This document shows positions 41,986 through 51,987 of a stretch of DNA of 64,000 nt, piece after piece; position 1 is the first letter of the stretch; the number at the start of each line of letters is the position of its first letter. The position numbers and the translations under genes are program-made. The notes beneath the pieces were generated by a model. That model was not told the DNA's origin and searched no databases. It was given only the letters and a program-made list of their open reading frames with translations. Source of the DNA: Chloroflexota bacterium (GTDB taxonomy: Bacteria > Chloroflexota > Dehalococcoidia > UBA2979); contig JAQCIU010000005.1 of the NCBI GenBank assembly GCA_027593235.1, forward strand, positions 1 to 64,000, given 5' to 3'.

Positions 41986-43320
41986 GTGACCGAAGGCGAA
42001 CCCTCCGAGGGCAATCAGGCATCCGAGGTGATCGAGCCCTCGGGGCCACTGGTCGGCATCCGCGTCCTTGAGTTCTCCCAGATTGTCGCCGGGCCATTCG
42101 CCGGCATCTACCTCTCCGACCTCGGCGCCGACGTCGTCAAGGTGGAGCCGCCCACCGGAGACGACCGCCGCAACACGCAGGCGATCGTCCCCAACGAGGG
42201 CAAGTACTTCCAGTCACTCAATCGCGGCAAGCGCGGCCTCGTGGTCGATCTGAAACAGCCGGCCGGTCGTGCGCTGATCCACCGCATCATCCCGACCTTC
42301 GACGTGGTGATCATCAACTACCGGCGCGGTGTCGCGGAGCGCCTGGGGATCGACTACGACACCCTCCGAGGATTCCGTCCCGATCTGATCCACGCCAACA
42401 TCACCGGCTTCGGCAGCGCCGGTCCCGAGGCCGATCGCGCCGGCTCCGATATCGTCGCGCAGGCCTACACCGGGATGATGGCGACCGAAGGCAAGACCGA
42501 GGAGAACGGCGCACCGCGCTTCATCCAGTCCGTGCCGTACGCCGACCGCGCGACCGCCCTCGCCGTGTCGATGGGAGTCTCCGCGGCGCTCTTCCACCGC
42601 GAGCGCACCGGCGAGGGCCAGCGCATCGACGCGTCGCTGCTCCAGACCGGCCTCGACCTGCTGTCGCGCCACGTGATGCGCGAGCCGGTCCACGATGTCG
42701 TGCTGCGCGACCCGATGCTCGAACGCATCGACGAACTGCGAGCGAACGGCAGTCCTTACAGCGACGCGTTGGCCGTGCGTGACGATCAATTCGCACGCTT
42801 CGCCACGCAACGCCTCTACTACCGCGGGTACCACACGAAGTCGGGCGCGGTCGTTCTCGGCTCGCTGACCCGCGCGAACCGCGCCGCCGTGCGGCGCATC
42901 CTCGACCTACAGGACCCGACCGATGACGCGGACTTCGATGCGAACGCGCCGGATTGGCCCGCCGAGTTCGAGGCGTGGCAGGAGCGAGTGCAACAGCGGA
43001 TGCTCGAGGAGACCGCGGTCGAGTGGGTGAGCCGCTTCGACGCGGCCGGCGTCCCCGCCTCGGTGGTCCACTTCGCCGAGGAGATGAGCGAGGATCCGCA
43101 GGTCGAGGCGATGGGGATGATGTCCGACCTCGTTCACCCGGTGACCGGACCGCAGCGCGTCGTCGGCCCGATCCTCCGCATGTCCGCGACGCCCCCGAGG
43201 GCGCACCGCCACGCGCCGGTCTTCGGCGCCGACACCCGCGACGTGTTGCGGGAGGCGGGTTTGGACGAGGCGGAGATCGCGGACCTCGAGGCGAGCGGCG
43301 CCGTGGTCGCGCGCGACTAG
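41986..43320 (+). CDS. Family III CoA-transferase (CaiB/BaiF)
   Basis: GIRVLEFSQIVAGP, LGADVVKVEPP, NRGKR, GSD; start approximate. Confidence 0.92.
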   Translation: MTEGEPSEGNQASEVIEPSGPLVGIRVLEFSQIVAGPFAGIYLSDLGADVVKVEPPTGDDRRNTQAIVPNEGKYFQSLNRGKRGLVVDLKQPAGRALIHRIIPTFDVVIINYRRGVAERLGIDYDTLRGFRPDLIHANITGFGSAGPEADRAGSDIVAQAYTGMMATEGKTEENGAPRFIQSVPYADRATALAVSMGVSAALFHRERTGEGQRIDASLLQTGLDLLSRHVMREPVHDVVLRDPMLERIDELRANGSPYSDALAVRDDQFARFATQRLYYRGYHTKSGAVVLGSLTRANRAAVRRILDLQDPTDDADFDANAPDWPAEFEAWQERVQQRMLEETAVEWVSRFDAAGVPASVVHFAEEMSEDPQVEAMGMMSDLVHPVTGPQRVVGPILRMSATPPRAHRHAPVFGADTRDVLREAGLDEAEIADLEASGAVVARD

Positions 43321-43396
43321 CCGGCTACTCGCGCGCGACGCGCTGTGCTCCACTGGTTGGCGTCTTTTCAGGCAGACAGGTAGACGAAAGCAGGCC

Positions 43397-44632
43397 GTGA
43401 TGGTCGACGATGTACGGCCGATCAGCGAGGACGAGTACGATCGCTGGGACCTCGTGCCGTTCGCAGCGTTTGGGAACATCCCCGAACCGGAACGGATCGC
43501 GATCTGGCGCGCGCGGATGCCGATCGAGCGGACCCTGGTCGCCATCGATGACGGCGACTTCGTCGGGACGACGGCCGTCCTCAACATGGAAATGCGCGTC
43601 CCGGGCGGCGCGATGCTCCCCACCGCCGCCGTGACGGCGGTCGCCGTGCTCCCAACGCACCGGCGACGCGGCGTGCTCACGGCGATGATGCGCAAGCAGC
43701 TCAACGACGTGCACGAACGTGGCGAACCGCTGGCCGCGCTCTGGGCGTCCGAGAGCCTGATCTACCAGCGATTCGGTTACGGCCTCGCGATTCCTGGCGA
43801 GGACTGGGAGATCGAACGCGTCCGCGCGTCATTCGCGCGACCGCCACGCGAAGAGAGCAACGGTCGCGTGCGTCTGGTCCAGCGCCAGGAGGCGCTGCTT
43901 CGCGTGCCCGCGATCCACGAGCGAACCGTCGAAGCGTTCCACGGAATCCTGGGACATGATCGCGACCGCTGGCGATCCATCTTCGGCGACGGCCCGTGGG
44001 TCGAACTGAACCAGAAGGAACTGCCATTCACCGCGATCTTCGAACGTGACGGGGTCGACGAGGGATTCGTGACCTATCACCTCGATGGGTTCGATCGGCC
44101 GCCGGGTCCGCGCGCGCTCGACGTCAAGGAGCTGAACGCCGCAACACCCGAGGCGCACGAAGCGCTCTGGCGCTACATCTTCAGCGTCGACCTCGTCGAC
44201 GTGATCCGCGTGACGCGGCGGGCGATCGACGATCCGTTGCCGTGGATGTTGCTCGATCCTCGGCGGTTGAAGCGCAGCACGCGCGACCTGATCTGGCTGC
44301 GCCTCGTGGACGTGCACGCGGCACTCGGCGCCCGCAGTTACTCGGTGCCGGGTCGCGTCACCATCGAGGTGGTCGATGAATTCTGTCCGTGGAACGATGG
44401 GCGTTACGTGCTGGAGGCCGGCACCGATGGCACCGCGACCTGCGTCCGCAGCGATGCGACGCCGGAGCTAACGCTCTCCGCGGAGACGCTTGCCGCCGCT
44501 TACCTCGGCGCGACGTCGTTACTCGTGATGCGCGATGCGGGCCGCATCGAGGAGCACGTCGAGGGCGCGACCGCGCGGGCGGCGGCGATGTTCCGCACCG
44601 CGCGCGCGCCGTGGAACCCGGTCGACTTCTAA
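43397..44632 (+). CDS. Eis-like GNAT acetyltransferase with SCP2-like C-terminus
   Basis: VAVLPTHRRRG, LWASESLIYQRFGYG, WLRLVDV, C-terminal DF. Confidence 0.9.
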   Translation: MMVDDVRPISEDEYDRWDLVPFAAFGNIPEPERIAIWRARMPIERTLVAIDDGDFVGTTAVLNMEMRVPGGAMLPTAAVTAVAVLPTHRRRGVLTAMMRKQLNDVHERGEPLAALWASESLIYQRFGYGLAIPGEDWEIERVRASFARPPREESNGRVRLVQRQEALLRVPAIHERTVEAFHGILGHDRDRWRSIFGDGPWVELNQKELPFTAIFERDGVDEGFVTYHLDGFDRPPGPRALDVKELNAATPEAHEALWRYIFSVDLVDVIRVTRRAIDDPLPWMLLDPRRLKRSTRDLIWLRLVDVHAALGARSYSVPGRVTIEVVDEFCPWNDGRYVLEAGTDGTATCVRSDATPELTLSAETLAAAYLGATSLLVMRDAGRIEEHVEGATARAAAMFRTARAPWNPVDF

Positions 44633-44672
44633 GGGAACGATCTCTAGCGGGACGATCGAGGGCTGGCTGTGC

Positions 44673-46427
44673 TCAACGCAGTGCGAGCCGGTCCTGCGCG
44701 TCCCAGATCCGCTGCAGAATCGGTGCGCCCTCGGTCGCCGGATCGACGAACTCTGGACGGTACAGCCCGCGGTAGAGGTCGGGGTTGCCGCGAATGATCA
44801 CCGGGCGGATGCGGTACCCGATCAGCCGCTCGGCCGTGAAGCCCAGCTCCATCGCCATCCCCTGCGTGGTCTCCGTTGACCAGTCCTGGTCGAAGACGAA
44901 GTTGCCGAACGAGTAGGCGATCAGCGCGTCGCGTGCCTCGGGCGTGAGGTCACCGGCGGCGAGGTGTTCGACCGCCTGCACCCAGTGCGGGTGGTTTCCC
45001 AGCACCACCGTTGCGCCCGCCTCGATCGCGGCGTGCGCGTTCTCGACCTGGAAGGCCGTCGGATCCGAGGTGTACTCGATGCCCCAGCCCGCGCCCATCA
45101 CTACGTGGTCCGCGAGCGGGACCGCCGCCGAGACGTCCTCCCAGACGTAGGCCGTCTCGAGGGGCGCGGTGCCGGCCTGGTCCGGGCCGGCCCCATAGAA
45201 GGCCGCGGCGATCGAGTCGTAGGCAACGAAGGCGAAGGTGACCGGCCCGTTGAGCGTCTCGACCGTGAAGGTCGCGGGCGTCCGCGCCGCCGCCAGGTTT
45301 TCGCCCGCGCCAACCGTCTCGAGGCCAGCGTTGCGCAGGTTCTCGATCGTATCGAGGAGCGCATCCCTTGGGCTGCACCCGTCCCAGCAATCCATCGCGT
45401 GGTTGCCGGCGGTCACCACTACATCGATGCCGACGCGAGCGAAGGCGTTCGCTGCCTCGGCCGGTCCCTGCAGGTTGAAGGTCTCCACGCACGGGGTTGG
45501 CTCCGAGCGATCGGTCAGGCTGACCTCGAGTGGCGTAACCGCGATGTCCGCCGCGCGGATCAGGTCACCCGTGGCGTCGAACATCGAATCGAGGCTGCCG
45601 GTCGCGAGCAGCGCGGCGTGGGTGCAGCGCGCCGGAATCAGCTCGCCCGTCGCCAGCATCCCCGCCGGGTCGAAGGTCGGTGCCGCCTTGAAACCGGCGA
45701 GCGCCGCGAGGGTCGCCGCCTGACCGGCCGGCGCCGCGATCCAGCGCGCGTCGCGCAGCGGCGAGTCCGCCGCCGGGTCGCGGTACGGGTCATGGCCATC
45801 GACCACGAGCGCGAGCACACCGAGGCGTAACGCCTCCGGTTGCACCAGCGCCAGCGCGCCCGGCTCGCCTGCGACCCGCGCGACGATCTCCGCATCCGGT
45901 ACGAGCGTCGCCGCCAGCTCAGCGCGCGGGATGCCGAGGGCGTCCGCAATCGCGTCGGCCTCGCCGGCGGGGACATACGGGACGAGCGGCCTGGCGCTGC
46001 CACCGAGGTCTGACCAATCCGTGATCTCGCCGCGTAGTGCGGCGATCACCTCGGCGCGGGTCAGCTCCAGCACGTCGCGCCGCTGATCGGTGATCGCCGC
46101 CCAGCGCGCGAGCACAATCACCGCGGCTCCCGCGATCGGTGTATCGCTAATCGAGCGGCTCGCGGCCCGGCCGCGCGCCGGCACCACCACCAGTTCGCCG
46201 GAAGCGCCGACCGCCGCCGCGATCCGGTCGCGTTCCTCGGGATCCGCGATCTCGATGGCGACCGAGGCAGCGCCGCCGACGACGGCTGCGGTCGCGCTCG
46301 CGGCTGCCGTCGAGGCGGGCTCGGTCGGTACGGCCGTTTCCGGCGCCTCCGCCGTGGAGCAGGCGACGGTCGCAACGGCCAGCGCGGCAATGACGACGCT
46401 CGCGAGCATTACGGGGAGGCGGTTCAC
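44673..46427 (-). CDS. CapA-family metallophosphatase lipoprotein with N-terminal PstS/PBP-like segment
   Basis: Lipobox TVAC; GEITDWSDLGG; AGNHAMD, WGIEY, GNHPHWVQ, YSFGNFVFDQ; GTGA overlap with the murB stop. Confidence 0.85.
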   Translation of the reverse strand: MNRLPVMLASVVIAALAVATVACSTAEAPETAVPTEPASTAAASATAAVVGGAASVAIEIADPEERDRIAAAVGASGELVVVPARGRAASRSISDTPIAGAAVIVLARWAAITDQRRDVLELTRAEVIAALRGEITDWSDLGGSARPLVPYVPAGEADAIADALGIPRAELAATLVPDAEIVARVAGEPGALALVQPEALRLGVLALVVDGHDPYRDPAADSPLRDARWIAAPAGQAATLAALAGFKAAPTFDPAGMLATGELIPARCTHAALLATGSLDSMFDATGDLIRAADIAVTPLEVSLTDRSEPTPCVETFNLQGPAEAANAFARVGIDVVVTAGNHAMDCWDGCSPRDALLDTIENLRNAGLETVGAGENLAAARTPATFTVETLNGPVTFAFVAYDSIAAAFYGAGPDQAGTAPLETAYVWEDVSAAVPLADHVVMGAGWGIEYTSDPTAFQVENAHAAIEAGATVVLGNHPHWVQAVEHLAAGDLTPEARDALIAYSFGNFVFDQDWSTETTQGMAMELGFTAERLIGYRIRPVIIRGNPDLYRGLYRPEFVDPATEGAPILQRIWDAQDRLALR

Positions 46428-47344
46428 CGGAAGACCTCTGGCGCGACGCCGTCGCCCCACCACTCCACCTCGGGCGCCAGCGTCACGCCGCTGTCCTCGG
46501 CGACCCGCGTGCGGACCGCGAGCATCAACGCGGCGACATCGGCGGCGATCGCCGTGCCGTCGTGGACGATGAAATTGGCGTGCAGCTCGCTGACACGCGC
46601 GCCGCCGACGGTGAGGCCTTTGCAGCCGGCCGCCTCGATCAGGCGCCCCGCGTGGTCGCCATCGGGGTTCCGAAAGATCGATCCGGCGTTGCGCTCGGCC
46701 GTCGGCTGACTCGCCTGACGCGCATCGAGGAGCCGGGTCATCTCCGCTTCGCACTCGGCGCGTGGCCGCGCTTCGAGGCGCAGCGTTGCCGCGAGGACGA
46801 TCGCTCCGCTCCCGCGCAGGCTGGTGGTGCGATAACCGAACTCGAGCTGGTCACGACCAAGCGACCGCACCGCGCCACCCTCGAGGATGTCGACAGCCTC
46901 GACCAGCCCGCCAATGTCGCGACCGTCGCCGATGCCGGCGTTGCTCTGCAGCGCGCCACCGACGGTCCCGGGGATCCCGATCGCGAACTCGAGGCCGCCG
47001 AGGTCGTGTGCCGCAGCGGCACGGGCGAGCGCCGGGAGCATCACGCCGCTGCCCGCGGTGACCCGCGCGCCCTCGAACGCGACGTTGCCGCAGGCGGCGC
47101 GTAGCGACAGGACCACGGCGGTCACGCCAGCCTCGGCGATCAGCGTGTTTGAACCACCACCGAGGACGCGCAGCGGGAGTTCGGCGGTCGCCGCCCACGC
47201 GGCGATGCGTCGCAGGGCCTCGAGGTCCGTCGGTTCACCGAAGTATGCGGCCGGGCCGCCCAGGCGCAGGTAGGTATGGCGCGCGAGCGGCTCGTCGCGG
47301 CGCAGTGCGAGATCGGGCGGGGCCTCGGGCAGCGTCCGTGCCAT
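46424..47344 (-). CDS. murB: UDP-N-acetylenolpyruvoylglucosamine reductase
   Basis: LGGGSN, GIPGTVGGA..NAG, FGYRTT, AGSIFRNP, HANFIV, EVE. Confidence 0.93.
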   Translation of the reverse strand: MARTLPEAPPDLALRRDEPLARHTYLRLGGPAAYFGEPTDLEALRRIAAWAATAELPLRVLGGGSNTLIAEAGVTAVVLSLRAACGNVAFEGARVTAGSGVMLPALARAAAAHDLGGLEFAIGIPGTVGGALQSNAGIGDGRDIGGLVEAVDILEGGAVRSLGRDQLEFGYRTTSLRGSGAIVLAATLRLEARPRAECEAEMTRLLDARQASQPTAERNAGSIFRNPDGDHAGRLIEAAGCKGLTVGGARVSELHANFIVHDGTAIAADVAALMLAVRTRVAEDSGVTLAPEVEWWGDGVAPEVFR

Positions 47345-47392
47345 CCAACGATGGTAGACGCGCATGCGTCGAGGCGCCGCCGGTTCGCTCGG

Positions 47393-48781
47393 CTAGAGCG
47401 GCGGCGCCTGGCGATGGAAGTCGGTCGCCTGCTGATAGGCATGGCCAATCCGCAATGCCTTCGCGTCCTGCCACAGCGCGGTCGAAATCATCAGGCCGGT
47501 CGGCAACCCATCCTCGTCGAACCCGTTCGGCACGCTGAGCGATGGCTGGTGCGTGTCGTCGAAGACCGCGGTGTTGCGGAACTTCGCGGCGGGCGGGCTT
47601 TCCGTGGTCGGGTCCTCGGCGATCGGCTCGGCGACGATCGGCGACGTCGGCGCCAGGTAGCCATCGATGCCCGCGAGGCCGGCCTCGTACTTCGCTTCCA
47701 CGACCTTCCGGAACTCCAGCGCGCGGATATAGCTCGCGACCGGCGTCTCCAGCCCGCGCAGCATGCGGTGGCGCTGGGGTTCCGCGATGCCGGTGCCCTG
47801 CAACGAGACCTCGTTCAACGTCCCGGCCTCGGCGAGGATGATCGCGCCGACCTTCGCGCGCCAGTTGTCCTCGCCGGTGATCGGCTCGCGCTCGATGATC
47901 GTCGCGCCCAGCTCGCGAAGCACGGCGAGCGAGCGTTCGAAGTTCGCGAGCACCGCCGTCTCGCAATCGGATGCCAGCGACGGGATCACCGCCAGGGTCA
48001 TCCCAGCGACGCCATCCTCGAGGGTCGCGGTGAAGTCCTCGGGCGGACGGGCAATCGAATCCAGGTCGCGCGGATCGTAGCCAGCGAGGATGTTCAGCAT
48101 CAGCGCGCAGTCCTCGGCGGTGTGCGCCATCGGCCCCGCGTGATCGAGCGTCCCGGACAGCGGCAGCACCCCACCTCGGCTGACCAGCCCGTAGGTGGGC
48201 TTATGCCCGCTGATGCCGCAGAAGGCCGCCGGGATCCGGATCGATCCACCGGTGTCGCTGCCCAGCGCACCCAGTGCCTGACCCGCCGCGACCGCGGCGC
48301 CGGATCCGCCGGAAGAGCCGCCGGGCACGCGCCCCAGGTGCCACGGGTTATGGGTCGCGCCGAAGTAGGCGTTATTGGTCGTCCCGCCCAGCGCCAGTTC
48401 GTGGGTATTCGTCTTGCCGACGATCACCGCGCCGGCCTCGCGCAGCAGCCGCACGGTCGTGGCGTCCTCGGCGGGGACCCGCTCGCTCAGCGCGCCGGTC
48501 CCGCCCGCCGTGACCACCCCGGCGGTGTCGTACAGGTCCTTCACCGCGATCGGGATGCCATCGAGCGGGCCGAGCCGCTTCCGGGCGCGCGCCCGATCCG
48601 ACGCCGCCTCGGCCTCGGCGCGGCCGCTGACCGCGGTCAGCCGAACGAACGCGTTTAGTCGCTCGTCCGTCTCCTCGATGCGCGCGAGCGACGCCGCGAA
48701 CAGATCGAGCGGCGTGACCTTGCCCGCCTCGATCGCTGCATTGGCCTCGGTGATGCTCTGGTACGGGGGCGTGGGCGACAT
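47393..48781 (-). CDS. Amidase signature family protein
   Basis: GIPIAVKD, GKTNTHE, GGSSGGS, GSDTGGSIRIPA. Confidence 0.93.
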   Translation of the reverse strand: MSPTPPYQSITEANAAIEAGKVTPLDLFAASLARIEETDERLNAFVRLTAVSGRAEAEAASDRARARKRLGPLDGIPIAVKDLYDTAGVVTAGGTGALSERVPAEDATTVRLLREAGAVIVGKTNTHELALGGTTNNAYFGATHNPWHLGRVPGGSSGGSGAAVAAGQALGALGSDTGGSIRIPAAFCGISGHKPTYGLVSRGGVLPLSGTLDHAGPMAHTAEDCALMLNILAGYDPRDLDSIARPPEDFTATLEDGVAGMTLAVIPSLASDCETAVLANFERSLAVLRELGATIIEREPITGEDNWRAKVGAIILAEAGTLNEVSLQGTGIAEPQRHRMLRGLETPVASYIRALEFRKVVEAKYEAGLAGIDGYLAPTSPIVAEPIAEDPTTESPPAAKFRNTAVFDDTHQPSLSVPNGFDEDGLPTGLMISTALWQDAKALRIGHAYQQATDFHRQAPPL

Positions 48782-48922
48782 GGCTGCTCCGTTCATCCGA
48801 CAGGCGTGAGCGCAGCGTAGAGCAACGCTGTTTCGTTTGACCGTCCACCGGGCGCTGCCTAGGCTCGCGCTCATCGCGCGGGATTCCGTCACCCGCGCCC
48901 CCGACCGTCGAAGTGGAGACAC

Positions 48923-49459
48923 ATGATCGATTTCGGGCTCGTGGACGCAGTGGATGCCGAGGCCATCGGCGCGCCGGGCCAGCGCACCTTCCGGCTGCGC
49001 GCGAATAAGGACGAGAACTACGCCTCACTCTGGTTCGAGAAGGAGCAGCTCTCGCTCCTCGGTCGCGAGTTCTCCAAGCTCCTGGCGGAGCGATCGCGCC
49101 AGCGCGGGCGCCCGACGGAGTCGGTGGCGCCGATGGGGCCGTTCCCCGCGAATCCGCAGATCGATCTGCAGGTTGCCCGCCTCGGCCTGGACTTCGACGA
49201 AGACACGGAGCACATCGTCCTCCTAGCCGACGATGCACCCGCGTTGCAGCGCGGTGACAGCCCCACCTTCCGGATGGAGATCAGCCGCGCGCAGGCGATC
49301 GCCGCGATGCGCGCAATCGACGACGCCGTGTCCGGCGGCCGCCCACTCTGCCCGCTGTGCAATCGCGTCCTGGAAGATGACGGCGGCTGTATTGCCTGCC
49401 CGGGCAGCAACGGCCACAGCAAAGAGGTTCCACTCCCGCCGGCGGCCGACGAGGACTAG
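48923..49459 (+). CDS. DUF3090 family protein
   Basis: AIGAPGQRTFRL, EKEQL, GRPLCPLC...CPGSNGH. Confidence 0.85.
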   Translation: MIDFGLVDAVDAEAIGAPGQRTFRLRANKDENYASLWFEKEQLSLLGREFSKLLAERSRQRGRPTESVAPMGPFPANPQIDLQVARLGLDFDEDTEHIVLLADDAPALQRGDSPTFRMEISRAQAIAAMRAIDDAVSGGRPLCPLCNRVLEDDGGCIACPGSNGHSKEVPLPPAADED

Positions 49460-49516
49460 CCCGCTTTCCGCCGCGCGCTCGCGACCGAGTAGGCTGCACC
49501 GATCGTCGGGACGGCC

Positions 49517-50848
49517 ATGACCGCAACCACTGCCACATCACGCCGCCGCCGGCCGTTCTACGGCTGGTGGATCGTCGTCGGCGCCGTCGTCGCCCAGTTC
49601 GCCTCGATGGGTGCGAGCGGACAGATCGGCGGCGTGTTCCTGCGCCCGATGACCGACGAACTCGGCTGGTCGGCGGCGCAGTACACCCTCGGTGGATCCG
49701 CCGCCTTCGTCTTTGGCGGCGTGGCAGGGTTTGTGATCGGGCCGCTGGTCGACCGGCATGGGCCACGACCGCTGATGCTGGTCGGCACCTTCAGCTACGC
49801 CGCCGCCCTCTTCGGGATGTCCCGCCAACAGGAGCTGTGGCAGTTCGTCCTGCTCTCGATGCTGGCGGGCGGCGCCGGCGTCTCGTTGGTCGGCCCGCTG
49901 GTCGTGAACATCACGCTCTCGAAGTGGTTCGTCGTGCGCCGTGGCTGGGCGATCGCCCTCGGATCGATCGGCATTTCGCTGTCGGGACTGATCACACCGA
50001 TCACGATGACACGGGTCGTCGACTCGATCGGCTGGCGCGACGCGTACGTGGTCCTCTCGATCGTCATCGTCGCGCTCCTCCTGCCCGTCGCCCTCGTGAT
50101 GCGGCGCAGCCCCGAGGACTACGGCCTCCTGCCGGACGGCCATCGCACCGACGGCAGCACGACGGAACAGAACGCCACCCGCGCCACCGCCGCGGCTCTC
50201 GACTCAGCCAACTCCTACACGCGCGGCGAGGCCATCCGCACCAGCGGCCTTTGGTCCCTGACCGTCGGCTTTGGCCTCAACCTCACCGCCATGTCCGCGA
50301 TCCTGGTGCACGGGATCCCGTTCATGACCGACGCCGGGTTCACCCGCACCGAGGCCGCAACCGGCTTCGCCGTGAACGGCTTCGCGAATCTCTGCTCCAA
50401 GTTCTTCTGGGGTTGGGGCTTGGCGCGCTTCCATCCGCGCTACCTGTCCTTCGGCGCCTTCTGCTCCTCCGGCGCGGGCGTCGCGTTGCTGCTCGTCGCC
50501 GCGCGAACGGACTCGCTGCCGATGATGTTCTTCGGCTTCTTCGCCTGGGGCTTCGGATTCGGCGGCACGATCCCGCTGGGGGAGTTCCTCTGGGCAAAGT
50601 ACTACGGGCGGCGCTACATCGGCGCGGTCCGCAGCGTCGGGGTGCCGTTCACGATCCTCTTCGGATCCGCCGGCCCGATCCTGGTCGGTCTCTTCTTCGA
50701 CTCGACCGGCGGCTACGAGGGCGCGTTCCTCGCACTCGTGCTCGTTTACGCGGTGGGCGGGCTCACGATCCTCACCTCGAAAGAGCCGCCCGCGAAGACG
50801 GGTACGCCGGCCGTGGAGCCGGGATCACGAGCGACGGCGCCGAACTGA
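49517..50848 (+). CDS. MFS transporter (MCT/OFA-like)
   Basis: FYGWWIV, GPLVDRHGPR, KWFVVRRG, PEDYGLLPDG. Confidence 0.88.
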   Translation: MTATTATSRRRRPFYGWWIVVGAVVAQFASMGASGQIGGVFLRPMTDELGWSAAQYTLGGSAAFVFGGVAGFVIGPLVDRHGPRPLMLVGTFSYAAALFGMSRQQELWQFVLLSMLAGGAGVSLVGPLVVNITLSKWFVVRRGWAIALGSIGISLSGLITPITMTRVVDSIGWRDAYVVLSIVIVALLLPVALVMRRSPEDYGLLPDGHRTDGSTTEQNATRATAAALDSANSYTRGEAIRTSGLWSLTVGFGLNLTAMSAILVHGIPFMTDAGFTRTEAATGFAVNGFANLCSKFFWGWGLARFHPRYLSFGAFCSSGAGVALLLVAARTDSLPMMFFGFFAWGFGFGGTIPLGEFLWAKYYGRRYIGAVRSVGVPFTILFGSAGPILVGLFFDSTGGYEGAFLALVLVYAVGGLTILTSKEPPAKTGTPAVEPGSRATAPN

Positions 50849-50884
50849 GGCACGCAGGGCGCGCCCTCGATGAATCGGTGACGC

Positions 50885-51235
50885 TCAGCCGAGCGCGACG
50901 ACGTACGAGTCGACCTCAGCGATCAGACCGTCGCGGAAGGTGAACAGGTCGCTGTAGGCGAAACGGAAGCGCCCGGCCTCGCGGTGAAGCCCGACGCCTG
51001 TCCCGGTCACCACCACGACATCGCCCGCCGCGATCGTTCGCTCGACGGTGAGTTCGGGGCTGCCCTCGAAGGCCGGGTTCTCGATCTCATCGTCGAACTC
51101 GATCTTGCCGTGCGTGGTGCGCACACCGTGGATGCGCCACACGACATCGTCAGCGAGACACCGGAGGATCGCTTCGTGGTCGCTTCGCCGGAAGCCCTCC
51201 ATGTAGCGATCGATGACCTGCTGGTGAGTTGTCAT
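50885..51235 (-). CDS. SnoaL/NTF2-like protein
   Basis: YMEGFRRSDH...DDVVW...DLFTFRDGLI. Confidence 0.82.
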   Translation of the reverse strand: MTTHQQVIDRYMEGFRRSDHEAILRCLADDVVWRIHGVRTTHGKIEFDDEIENPAFEGSPELTVERTIAAGDVVVVTGTGVGLHREAGRFRFAYSDLFTFRDGLIAEVDSYVVALG

Positions 51236-51290
51236 CTCCGTCGACGCCGCTCGTCACCACGCCGGTGAGCACCGGCATTCGAGGTCGGCG

Positions 51291-51782
51291 CTACTTCTGC
51301 AGCGGACGGATCAGCAGCACCGCGGCCGACGGCGTGTGCCGAGCGACGTGGTCGGCGACCGATCCGAGGAGCGCGCGTCCGAGACCGGAACGGCCGTGGG
51401 TCGCGATGATCACGAGGTCACAACCGAGCCGCTCGACCACTGCGGTGATCGTCTGCGACGGCGAACCTTCGACGACCTCGATGCTGACCTTGCCCTCGGG
51501 CACGCCGGCCGCCACGAACTGGCCGACGGCAGCCGCGAGATTGGCCTCGGCCGCCTCGCGCTGGCCGGCGACGGCGCTCTCCGCGATGTCGACGGTGAGC
51601 TGGCCGCTGGGGATCGGTTCAATCGTCGCGGGAGTGGTCTCGGCGATGATCTGGGCGACCGAGTCGATCACCTGCAACAGCACCACGTCCGCGCCGACGC
51701 CTTTCGCGAGTTCGATCGCGTGCGAGATCGCCTGGTGAGACAGGTCGGACCCGTCGAGGGGCAACAAAATCTTCTTGTACAT
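51291..51782 (-). CDS. Universal stress protein
   Basis: MYKKILLPLDGS, ATHGRSGLGRALLGSVADHV. Confidence 0.92.
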   Translation of the reverse strand: MYKKILLPLDGSDLSHQAISHAIELAKGVGADVVLLQVIDSVAQIIAETTPATIEPIPSGQLTVDIAESAVAGQREAAEANLAAAVGQFVAAGVPEGKVSIEVVEGSPSQTITAVVERLGCDLVIIATHGRSGLGRALLGSVADHVARHTPSAAVLLIRPLQK

Positions 51783-51987
51783 CGGGGTCCGCCTTCGGCG
51801 TCGGTGCTGTTTCAGCGAGGCTGCCGGATCATAGGGAGCGCACGCACCACGCTCCATGGCCGCACGTCACCGCGCGATCGAGCGATCACCCCTTGCTACG
51901 ATGCCGGAGCGCCCGCCGACGGCGCATGCACCGTGTGTAACCCGTCAGTCGACCCGAGTCTGCCAGCCCGTGAGCGAGGAGCCTTCG

